In this document: positions 20,049 through 29,179 of the stretch, piece by piece
How the letters are laid out: each line of letters starts with the position of its first letter
Numbering within the stretch: the stretch's first letter is position 1
Made by a program: the position numbers and the translations under genes
Source of the DNA: Candidatus Dormiibacterota bacterium
GTDB lineage: Bacteria; Chloroflexota; Dormibacteria; Aeolococcales; Aeolococcaceae
Assembly: GCA_963823765.1 (NCBI GenBank)
Contig: CAWGML010000002.1
Coordinates: 231,626-295,625, forward strand
DNA length: 64,000 nt
Reading direction: 5' to 3'
The notes under the pieces: model-generated
The model's input: only the letters and a program-made list of their open reading frames with translations
Told to the model about the DNA's origin: nothing
The model's database searches: none

Positions 20049-21112
20049 ATGACACGCGCGTCGCCGGCTCGGCGCGGGCTTCCTGATCGTTGGCGGCGGC
20101 TGGTGTTCGGGCGTCCACCGGCCGCAGGCGGACCCGTCACTCCGCGTCGCGTCCCGGCAGCCAAGCCCGCCCGGCCCGCGCGACCTCGTCGCCGGCGTCG
20201 GCATCGCGCTGCCGGAGCCGCTGACGATCGCGGCCATGCGGGCCCGCGCGTACCCCGCGAGCAGGCTGACCACCGTGCGATCCGACGGTGACCAGGGCGG
20301 CTACGTCAACACGGTTGTCTCGTTCGTCTCCGACGGCCTCACCGAGTACTCGCTGCTGAGCGTGCCCGACGGCGGGCGGCCCGCCGCGGGATGGCCGGTG
20401 GTCATCGTCAGCCACGGCTACATCGACCCGCGGACGTACGTCACCGACGACGGCTCGTACGCGCAGTTCATCGCCGCCTTCGCGCGCGCCGGCTACATGG
20501 TGCTGAAGCCGGACTTCCGTGGCCACGGCAGGAGCCAGGGGGTGGCCGAGGGCGGGTACCTGTCACCGGTGTACGCGTACGACCTGCTCAACCTCATCAG
20601 CACGGTGAAGGCGGATCCGCGGGTCGACGCGACGCGCATCGGGCTGTTCGGCCACAGCCTCGGCGGGTACGAGGCGCTGCGTGCCATGGTGGTGTCGAGC
20701 GACATCAAGGCGGTCGTGTTCATGTCCGCGGTGGTGGGGTCGCTCGACGACATCTTCTTCCACTGGTCGACGGTGACCCCGACACCGACCGCGCGCCCCG
20801 CCACCCGTGCAGCAGCAGGTGGCGCAATCACTGATCGCCAGGAAGGGCACGCCGCAGACCGACCCCGTCTTCTGGAGCGCGGCGTCGCCGATCAACTACG
20901 TGAGCGACATCCAACGCCGCGGTGCAGATCGACGAGGACGTCAACGACAGCCAGGTGCCGAAGCTGTTCTCAGACCACCTCGACGCCGCCCTGCAGGCGG
21001 CCGGGAAGAGCGTGGGGAGTACGTGCGCTATCCCGGGGACGACCACCAGTTCACCAGGAACCGCGCCGCCGTGCTGGCCAACATGCTCGCCTTCTACCGG
21101 GCGCACCTCTGA
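20049..21112 (+). pseudogene. alpha/beta hydrolase (S9 / dienelactone-hydrolase-like esterase); about four frame breaks
   Basis: Core WPVVIVSHGY...GLFGHSLGGYEA (GxSxG nucleophile elbow), then GTPQTDPVFWSAASPINYVSDIQ, AVQIDEDVNDSQVPKLFSDHLDAALQAAGKSV and EYVRYPGDDHQFTRNRAAVLANMLAFYRAHL* in successive frames. Hops near 20070, 20806, 20916 and 21015. Confidence 0.7.
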
Positions 21113-21123
21113 CCGGCACGAGA

Positions 21124-21156
21124 AAGCCCGCCCTCGCGCACGAGGACGGGCTTCCG
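21124..21156. terminator. GC-rich hairpin between convergent genes (candidate bidirectional terminator)
   Basis: AAGCCCGCCCTCG-CGCA-CGAGGACGGGCTT: 13-bp arms with one mismatch. It lies between the hydrolase stop (21112) and the inferred stop of the minus-strand gene (21176). Confidence 0.45.
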
Positions 21157-21175
21157 GGGGGAGGGGATGACGAGG

Positions 21176-22113
21176 TCAGTTGGCCGGGCCGATACCCCAG
21201 CGGGCGCCGCCGGTGGGCCGCCGCCGGGCCGCCGAAGCCGTGGGCAGGCTCGGTGCCGTTGACCATGTCGGTGACCCGCTGCGTGGTCATGGCCTTGTCC
21301 TGGGCGGCCTGGGCGGCGGTGATCTGGCCGCTGGAAACGCGCTGATCGATCTCGCTGTTCTCCGACTTCACCAGGGCGCTGATGACCGTGGCTGCGGCGA
21401 CGTTGTGCGCCTTGGCGACCGCCGCCACCGTCTTGCCCGCGGTGAGCTCGGTCTGCAGCTGCGTGGTGGTGATGCCGATGGCTGTGGCGATCACCTGCTG
21501 GTCCTCAGCCTGGAGACCACGGGGCCCGCCTGGTCCACCACGGCCACCGGGGCCGTGCGCCGGCTCGGTGCCGTTGACGAAGTCGGTCACCCGCTGGGTG
21601 GTCTGCGCCTTCATCTGGGTGGCCTGGGCACTGGTGATGGTGCCCGCCTTCAGCGCGGCGTCGATCTCCGAGTTCTCATCGGTCGACCAGGGTCGTGATG
21701 ACCTTGGACGCGGCCACGTTGTGCTCTTTGGCGATCGCCGCGATCGTCTTGCCCGCGGACATCTCGGTCTGCAGCTGCGTCGGTGTGATGCCGATCGCCC
21801 CGGCGACCTGCTGCAGGTCCTGGGTGCGCGCCGCGGCACCGCCGCCGGCGAACCCGGGCGGGCCGTGGCGGCCGTCCGGTGCGGAGCCGCTGCTGGGGCC
21901 GGCCGTGGCAGACGGCGAGGGTGAGGCGGCGTGGGAGATGACGTACCCGCCGGCCACGCCTCCCATGACCAGCCCGCTGGCCACCGCGACCGTGGCGCCA
22001 CGGCGGCCGATCAGCCGGCGCCGGGTGGGGCCGGCCGCCGGGGGCGGAGGCGGAGGTGGTGGCGTGAGCCAGGTTGGGGGGCCGCTGTCGGGGTCGTCGG
22101 TGCCGTCGTGCAT
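21176..22113 (-). pseudogene. Pro-rich, TM-anchored protein with two ~95-aa tandem helix-turn-helix-like modules; one clear and one inferred frame break
   Basis: ATG 22113 after AGGAGG. MHDGTDDPDSGPPTWLTPPPPPPPPAAGPTRRRLIGRRGATVAVASGLVMGGVAGGYVISHAAS. Module 1: IGITPTQLQTEMSAGKTIAAIAKEHNVAASKVITTLVD, hop near 21681, then DENSEIDAALKAGTITSAQATQMKAQTTQRVTDFVNGTEPAHG. Module 2: IGITTTQLQTELTAGKTVAAVAKAHNVAAATVISALVKSENSEIDQRVSSGQITAAQAAQDKAMTTQRVTDMVNGTEPAHG. A stop at 21176 requires a second hop near 21215. Confidence 0.6.
21238..21845 (-). repeat. two tandem ~300-nt coding repeats inside the 21176..22113 gene
   Basis: Units of about 21238-21537 and 21548-21845 encode the two modules above. 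Similarity is visible at both DNA and protein level. Confidence 0.7.
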
Positions 22114-22181
22114 TGATGTGCCTCCTGGGTTCTTCACGCAGACGGGGTTCTGCCGTCTGACTGAAGGATGAGGCCGCGGCC

Positions 22182-22436
22182 TTACAGGACCGTGACCTGT
22201 GGCTGTGAGTCGGCTGTGAGTGCGGGTTCTCCGCGGGTCGCGGCGGACAGCTTCAGCGCCAGCACCGGGCAGCTCGACACCGCGCGCCGGGCATGGGCGA
22301 GCAGCCGGTCCGGGACGACGCCCCCGGCGACGACCGGGTACCCCCAGTCGTCGAGCGTGATGACCTCGGGCAAGAGCTCGGCACAGACGCCGCGTCCGTC
22401 GCAGCGGAGGCGGTCGACCATGATGCGCGCGGTCAT
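22182..22436 (-). CDS. small ferredoxin (single-cluster, three-Cys type)
   Basis: RCDGRGVCAELLPE...SSCPVLAL (Cx5C...CP). The ATG overlaps the upstream stop (ATGA at 22433-22436). Confidence 0.75.
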   Translation of the reverse strand: MTARIMVDRLRCDGRGVCAELLPEVITLDDWGYPVVAGGVVPDRLLAHARRAVSSCPVLALKLSAATRGEPALTADSQPQVTVL

Positions 22437-23650
22437 GCCGCTCGCACCTCGCGACCCACGTGGCTGCAGCCCCGCCGCTCATCGTGGCGCTGGAACTCAT
22501 CCCCGAAGACATCGAGCGCGCTGAGCAGCATGGCCGCGGCGCCATCGGGGTGGTGGCAGGCACCGCGACCCCCGAGCTGGGCGGCCCAACGGCGGGCGCG
22601 GGCGAGGTCGCCGGGGTTGGCGATCCCCGCCGCGACCCGCTGCACCGCCGCCGCGATGGCGCGAAGGCCGAAGACGCAGGGTCCGCACTGGCGGGCGCTC
22701 TCGTCGGCGAGGTAGGAGACGATGCGCGCCGTCTCGAGCACCCCGCAGCGGTCATCGCCCAGCAGCGACACGACGCCGCAGCCAAGCGTCGACCCGGCGG
22801 CGCGCAGCGCGGTGGAGTGCAGGCGTGTGGCCCAGGCCGTGCCCGCATCGACCCAGCCGCCGAAGTAGCCGCCGAGCAGCACGGCCTGCGGAGCGGTGGT
22901 CGCCCCACCGCCGCCGGCGACCGCCTCGGCGACAGTGCTTCCCTGGGCGACCTCGATGACGCCGGGGGTGGCGACGGCGCCGCTGACGGTGAGCAGGACG
23001 GTGCCGGGCGCGCCCGCGCCGATGGACTGGAACCACTCCCCACCGAAGCGGGCGATCATGGCCACGTGCGCGAGCGTCTCGACGTTCTGCACCAGCGTCG
23101 GCTTGCCGCGCACCCCGCGCTCGAACGGCCGCGGTGGCGTGGTGGTGGGGAGTGCGACGCCGTCGTTGACGCAGTGCACGGCGGCGCTCTCCTCACCCGC
23201 GACATAGCGCGGTGGCGCCTTCACGAAGCGGGTGCGCCGCTGTTCGGCAACTGGGCGCTCGAGTAGCGCACGGCGCAGCATGGTGCCGGCCGCAGCGTGC
23301 TCCTCGCCGACGTAGAGGACGACCTCGCCGGCCCCGAGCGTCTCGGCGGCGATGGCGGCGCCGTCGAGGACGAGGTGCGGCCGGGTGGACATGAGCACCC
23401 GGTCCTTGTGGCTCAGCGGTTCGCCCTCGGCGCCATTCACCAGGACAGCCGCCCGCCCGCCACTGCCGGCGACGGCGCGCCACTTGGTGGCCACCGGGAA
23501 CGAGGCACCGCCACGTCCGCGCAGGCCGCTCACCTCGAGCGCGTCGAGGACCTGCGCGCCCCCGCCCGGTCGTGCTCCTAGTCGCGCCGTCTGCGCCTCG
23601 AGCAGCTCCATGCCCTCGCGGGCGTCGCGGCCGCTGAGCAGGCTCTTCAT
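22433..23650 (-). CDS. NuoF-like NADH-binding / FMN / 4Fe-4S protein (orphan complex I 51-kDa subunit homolog)
   Basis: GLRGRGGASFPVATKW, NGAEGEPLSHKDRVLM, LVQNVETLAHV, ESARQCGPCVFG. ATG 23650 overlaps the upstream stop (ATGA). Confidence 0.8.
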   Translation of the reverse strand: MKSLLSGRDAREGMELLEAQTARLGARPGGGAQVLDALEVSGLRGRGGASFPVATKWRAVAGSGGRAAVLVNGAEGEPLSHKDRVLMSTRPHLVLDGAAIAAETLGAGEVVLYVGEEHAAAGTMLRRALLERPVAEQRRTRFVKAPPRYVAGEESAAVHCVNDGVALPTTTPPRPFERGVRGKPTLVQNVETLAHVAMIARFGGEWFQSIGAGAPGTVLLTVSGAVATPGVIEVAQGSTVAEAVAGGGGATTAPQAVLLGGYFGGWVDAGTAWATRLHSTALRAAGSTLGCGVVSLLGDDRCGVLETARIVSYLADESARQCGPCVFGLRAIAAAVQRVAAGIANPGDLARARRWAAQLGGRGACHHPDGAAAMLLSALDVFGDEFQRHDERRGCSHVGREVRAA

Positions 23651-24228
23651 CGGGCGCTCCGCGCCAGCCGATGGCGGCCGGCCTGCCGCTCGGCGGCCAG
23701 CGACTCGCCGCGCGCGCGCAGCCGCCAGGCGAGCGCCAGGAGGACGGCGCCGACCGAGGCGACGTCGACACCGACCATCCAAGGCGTCGACGCGTCCGTG
23801 CCGGTGCCGATGCCGTGGAGCACGGCCACCGGCCAGCTCAGGTAGGCGAGCCAGTGCACCGCGCGCCACACCCTGACGCCGATGAGATCGCGCAGCAGGC
23901 TGGTGGCGATGATTGCCAGCATCAGCTCGAAGGCCACCGTCCCGAGCCCCAGCCAGAGGGTGCGGTAGTACGACCCGAACGGCACCGTCGCGGCCGTGAT
24001 GCCGAGGTGCGTGAAGGGGTCGACGACGGCGGTGACGATGTGGAGCGCCAGGAACACCAGCGCGAGCAGTGAGACGTCGCGGTGCAGCGCCGCGGTGGCG
24101 AAACGCGGCCAGCCGCGTGCCTGGAAGCGCGCGTTGGTGAGCAGCCCGAGCACCACCGTGGCGCTGAAAAGGAGCAGCACGACCGCGCCGGCACCGCGTG
24201 TGGTGTACCAGAGGAGCGTGTCGTTCAT
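23647..24228 (-). CDS. ferric-reductase-like transmembrane (di-heme b type, MsrQ/FRD-like) protein
   Basis: Six hydrophobic helices with paired His (LHRDVSLLALVFLALH and VHWLAYLSWPVAVLH). GAGGA before ATG 24228. Confidence 0.75.
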   Translation of the reverse strand: MNDTLLWYTTRGAGAVVLLLFSATVVLGLLTNARFQARGWPRFATAALHRDVSLLALVFLALHIVTAVVDPFTHLGITAATVPFGSYYRTLWLGLGTVAFELMLAIIATSLLRDLIGVRVWRAVHWLAYLSWPVAVLHGIGTGTDASTPWMVGVDVASVGAVLLALAWRLRARGESLAAERQAGRHRLARSAR

Positions 24229-24301
24229 GTCCTCAGGATGAGCCGGCGTGCTTGGCGCGCCATGGGCCGTTGCTGGGCGGTTGCTGTGAGTCGCCCGGTG
24301 G

Positions 24302-25771
24302 CTACGCGACAGCGGGGTCGGGCGTGCTCACCGCTTCGTGATCGACCGGCGGTGGCGGCGATGTCACGATCGCCGGCAGCTCGATGCGGAACGTCGCGCC
24401 GCCGCCACGCGTCTCCTCGACGTGGATGCGCCCGCCATGGGCGGCGACCACGGCGGCCGCGATGCTCAACCCCAGGCCGCTGCCCCCCTGGTCGCGGCTG
24501 CGACCCGGGTCCGACCGGTGGAAGCGCTCGAAGATGCGATGGGCGTGGTCGGGCGCGATGCCTGGACCGTGGTCGACGACGTCGATGACCGCGTTGGCAC
24601 CGTCGAGGCCGAGCACGATCTCGATGGGCGTGCCCGGCGGGGTGTGGACGAGGGCGTTGCGCACCACGTTGCCGAGGACCTGGCGCAGCCGCATGTCGTC
24701 GCCGCTGACCCGGACGGGCGCGTCGATGCGCACCACGATGGCACGGCCCGCGTCCGCGGCGCGGGCGTCAGCGCCGGCGTCGGTCACCAGGGTGTCGAGG
24801 TCGACGGGCATCCTCTCCAGCGGCCGGCCCTGGTCGAGGCGTGCCAGGAGAAGGAGGTCGTCGACGAGCACGCCCATGCGCCGCGACTCCTCCTCGATGC
24901 GCCTGGTGGCGAGGATGACGTCCGTCTCGGTCATGTTCGGGTTGCGTCGCAGCAGCTCGGCGTAGCCGCCGATGGAGGTCAGCGGGGTGCGCAGCTCGTG
25001 GGAGGCGTCGGAGACGAAGTGGCGCAGCTTCTGCTCGTTGGCGGCTCGCTCGGCGAACGCGGCCTCGAGTTGCGCGAGCATTTCGTTGATGGCGACACCG
25101 AGACGCCCCACCTCCGTCTTCTCGGTGGCCGGCTCGACTCGCTGGCTGAGGTCGGCGGCCGCCGCGCGCGCCATCCGTCCCATGCGGTTGAGCGGGCGCA
25201 GGCCGCCGCGCACGATCAGCCAGGTCGCCCCCAGTACCACGATGGTGATGGCCGCACCGGCGACGAGCTCGAGCAGGAGAAGCTGGGACAGCGTGGCGCT
25301 GACATCGTCGAGTGGCAGCGCGACGAGCAGCACGGCGCCAGTGGTGCCCTGTGCCTGCACGGAGTCGACGTACACCCGAAAGGACGCGGAGGCGCCGGGG
25401 CCGGTGCCGTGTGTTGTGAAGTAGGTCCCGGGCGTGAGCGTGCTGGGCAGCACCAGGCCGTTGGTGGCGTCGTCACCCCCCTGCCCCGGAAAGTCCTGAG
25501 GGCTGGTGACAGTGCCCGTCGACGTGACGAACTCCCCGAATGTCCCCGGGGGGAACTGTACGTTCCCGAACTGCGGGCCACGCCCGAACTCTCCGCCGTC
25601 CTGGGGGCTGAGGAGGGAGGCCTCCACGGATTGGTGGATGGACAGGATCTGCTCGTCGAGCTTGTCCACCAGGAAGGACTGCAGGGACACGTAGGTGGCG
25701 ATGTCCACCGCCACCAAGCCGAGGATGAACAGGGGCGCCAGGGTGAGGATCAGCCGCCGCCGCAGCGACAT
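24302..25771 (-). CDS. sensor histidine kinase (2 TM, HAMP, HisKA, HATPase_c)
   Basis: FVSDASHELRTPLTSI (H-box), NALVHTP (N-box), DHGPGI and GSGLGLSI (G-boxes). Confidence 0.9.
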   Translation of the reverse strand: MSLRRRLILTLAPLFILGLVAVDIATYVSLQSFLVDKLDEQILSIHQSVEASLLSPQDGGEFGRGPQFGNVQFPPGTFGEFVTSTGTVTSPQDFPGQGGDDATNGLVLPSTLTPGTYFTTHGTGPGASASFRVYVDSVQAQGTTGAVLLVALPLDDVSATLSQLLLLELVAGAAITIVVLGATWLIVRGGLRPLNRMGRMARAAAADLSQRVEPATEKTEVGRLGVAINEMLAQLEAAFAERAANEQKLRHFVSDASHELRTPLTSIGGYAELLRRNPNMTETDVILATRRIEEESRRMGVLVDDLLLLARLDQGRPLERMPVDLDTLVTDAGADARAADAGRAIVVRIDAPVRVSGDDMRLRQVLGNVVRNALVHTPPGTPIEIVLGLDGANAVIDVVDHGPGIAPDHAHRIFERFHRSDPGRSRDQGGSGLGLSIAAAVVAAHGGRIHVEETRGGGATFRIELPAIVTSPPPPVDHEAVSTPDPAVA

Positions 25772-26487
25772 CAGACGCCTCGCGGCACTCGCGCCACGTA
25801 GCCGACACCGCGCACGGTGTGGATCAGCGAGGGCTCCGCCCTGTCGACCTTGCGACGCAGGTAGCTGATGTACGTCTCGAGCACGCTGGCGTCGCCGCCG
25901 AAGTCGTACTTCCAGACGTGGTCGAGGATCTGGGTGCGCGAGAGCACCCGCCCGGCGTTCATGAGGAGGTAGCGCAACAGACGGAACTCGGTGTTGGTCA
26001 GCTCGACCACGCGGCCGGCGCGGAACACCTCGTGGGTCTCCTCGTCGAGCTCGAGGTCGGCGAGTTGGAGGCGCGAGCCAGGCCGGTCCGGCGCCTCCCC
26101 GTGGCGCCGCAGGACGACCCGGATCCGCGCCACCAGCTCCTCGACGCTGAACGGCTTGGTCACGTAGTCGTCCCCACCGACGGTGAGGCCGCGCACCTTC
26201 TCCTCGGTGGAGTCGCGCGCGGTGAGGAAGATCACCGGCACCTTGATGCCGTCAGCGATGAGTCGCTGGGTGAGCGCGAACCCGTCCTCGTCGGGGAGCC
26301 CCACGTCGAGAACCACCAGCGCCGGGCGGAAGTCCATGACCGCGGTGCGGGCGTCACGGGCGGTGGCCGCGGTGGTCACCGCGAAGCCCTCGTACTTCAG
26401 CGCCATCGCGACCAGGTCGGTGATCGCCCGCTCGTCGTCGACGACGAGGATGCGGACCGCTTCGTCCGGTGCTTGCATAGCCGACAT
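25771..26487 (-). CDS. OmpR/PhoB-family response regulator
   Basis: RILVVDDE...LVVLDVGLPDEDG...LTARD...GGDDYVTKPF, plus a winged-helix C-terminus (LTNTEFRLLRYL...VRGVGY). The stop shares 1 nt with the kinase start. Confidence 0.9.
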   Translation of the reverse strand: MSAMQAPDEAVRILVVDDERAITDLVAMALKYEGFAVTTAATARDARTAVMDFRPALVVLDVGLPDEDGFALTQRLIADGIKVPVIFLTARDSTEEKVRGLTVGGDDYVTKPFSVEELVARIRVVLRRHGEAPDRPGSRLQLADLELDEETHEVFRAGRVVELTNTEFRLLRYLLMNAGRVLSRTQILDHVWKYDFGGDASVLETYISYLRRKVDRAEPSLIHTVRGVGYVARVPRGV

Positions 26488-26541
26488 GATCACCAGGAAA
26501 GCTGGGAAATTGCTCAGAGGCTCATCCGGGCCCGCTGCGAG

Positions 26542-27930
26542 TCAGGCGCTGATGACCACAGGGGTGCCGATCGGTGTCCACGAGAACGCCCACTGCATCA
26601 CCGGGGTGGGTGTGTGGACGCAGCCGTGGCTGGCGGCCGACAGGTTGTCCTCCCCACCCGGGCCGTAGGCGCCGGACGGCTCCCAGGGCGCGTCGTGGAT
26701 GAAGTAGCCGCCGCCGGCGAACTCCATGACCCAGCTGACCGGGCTCGGGACGTAGTAGTACGGCGAGCTCTTCGGCCACGGCGAGATGAAGGTGAACGGG
26801 GTCTTCTTGTAGAAGATCGAGTACCGGCCCGTCGGGGTGCGCAGCTGCGGCCGGCCCGTGGTGACCGGGGTGGCCTTGACGACGCAGCCGTCCTGGTAGA
26901 ACACCATCTCCTGCAGCGACAGCGAGATGGTGATGACCTTGCCGGCGCCGACTGCATGGCCGCACTGGTGGGCCGCCAGCTCAGCGACGACCTGGGCCTG
27001 CAGGCCACTGACAGTCGTGGCGACGGCGTTGAGCTGTGCCGCGGTGCGCGCCGCCCGGAACTGGGCGCCGATCCCGGACTGGTGGGCGGCGAGCGAGGCG
27101 GCGTTCGGGGTGGACTCCGCCTCGGCCTGGTCGACGCTCCAGAGCAGGGGCAGGACCTGCGCGCCGACCTGGTTGTTGAGGTTGACCAGCGACTGCAGCG
27201 TGGCCATCGCCGGGAGCAACTGTTCACCGGTGCTCAGCGCGGCGACGTTGTCGTTGGCCGCGACCTGGCTGCTCAGCCGGCTGGTGAGCGCGGGCACGTT
27301 GCCGGCGTCGAGGTTGGCGTCCGCCGCCACGGCGATGAGCCGGCGCGCGGTGACCAGCAGCGTGTGAGGGCCTCCAGCCGACTGCAGGGCGGCCACCAGC
27401 TTGGCCTGCTGGGCGGCCACCACGGTGGTCCGCTGCTGGGCGAGGAAGCTCGTCCAGGAGGCGGTGAGCCCCGTCACCTCGGCCGGGGAGGAGGCGGTGC
27501 CGAGCAGGCTCTGCCACTGGGCCGCCATGGCGGCGGACGCAGGGGTGACCCACGCGGATTGCTGCGTGGCGAAGTCGGTCCACTGGCCGATCACCGCCTG
27601 GGCCCGGGCGCGGGCGCCCTCCAGCGCTGCATTCCACGCCGACTGGGTCTGGCCGCGCAGGCGGGCCACCAGGGCCTGGCCGTCGTCGCCGAGCCACCCG
27701 GGCGACCACCAGGCGGCGGTGGGCTGCCGGCTGCTCAGCTCGACCCGGAGTGGCGCCAGGCTGGCCGCCGGCACGCCCTCGGCCTGGTCATGGTCCCATT
27801 GCGCGCGCAACTCGGCGGACGCAACGCTGAAGCTCCTCTGGCGGTCGCCCGCGGCGTGGGCGGTGACCGCTCCGCCTGCCACGACGCAGACGAGCAGCAG
27901 GAGGGGTGGGATCAGGTAACGGAGGCGCAT
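26542..27930 (-). CDS. secreted L,D-transpeptidase (YkuD domain) with a long Ala/Gln-rich N-terminal region
   Basis: Signal peptide MRLRYLIPPLLLLVCVVAGGAVTAHA. C-terminal TTGRPQLRTPTGRYSIF...GYFIHDAPW...ASHGCVH (catalytic HxC). Confidence 0.85.
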   Translation of the reverse strand: MRLRYLIPPLLLLVCVVAGGAVTAHAAGDRQRSFSVASAELRAQWDHDQAEGVPAASLAPLRVELSSRQPTAAWWSPGWLGDDGQALVARLRGQTQSAWNAALEGARARAQAVIGQWTDFATQQSAWVTPASAAMAAQWQSLLGTASSPAEVTGLTASWTSFLAQQRTTVVAAQQAKLVAALQSAGGPHTLLVTARRLIAVAADANLDAGNVPALTSRLSSQVAANDNVAALSTGEQLLPAMATLQSLVNLNNQVGAQVLPLLWSVDQAEAESTPNAASLAAHQSGIGAQFRAARTAAQLNAVATTVSGLQAQVVAELAAHQCGHAVGAGKVITISLSLQEMVFYQDGCVVKATPVTTGRPQLRTPTGRYSIFYKKTPFTFISPWPKSSPYYYVPSPVSWVMEFAGGGYFIHDAPWEPSGAYGPGGEDNLSAASHGCVHTPTPVMQWAFSWTPIGTPVVISA

Positions 27931-28030
27931 GGGTGGGTGGGCCGTGGGGCTGGGATGAGCGAACTGTACCCTGTGATCTCGGAATCGGACTGTCGGTGGG
28001 TGAACCGGGCGTGAACGGCGGGAGTTACGC

Positions 28031-29170
<1,140 letters not shown>

Positions 29171-29179
29171 CCTGGGACG

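Noticed and set aside
25819-28014. 731-aa + strand ORF
   Set aside because: Antisense to the OmpR regulator and the L,D-transpeptidase. Low-complexity R/G/A/P composition. The opposite strand has unambiguous family motifs.
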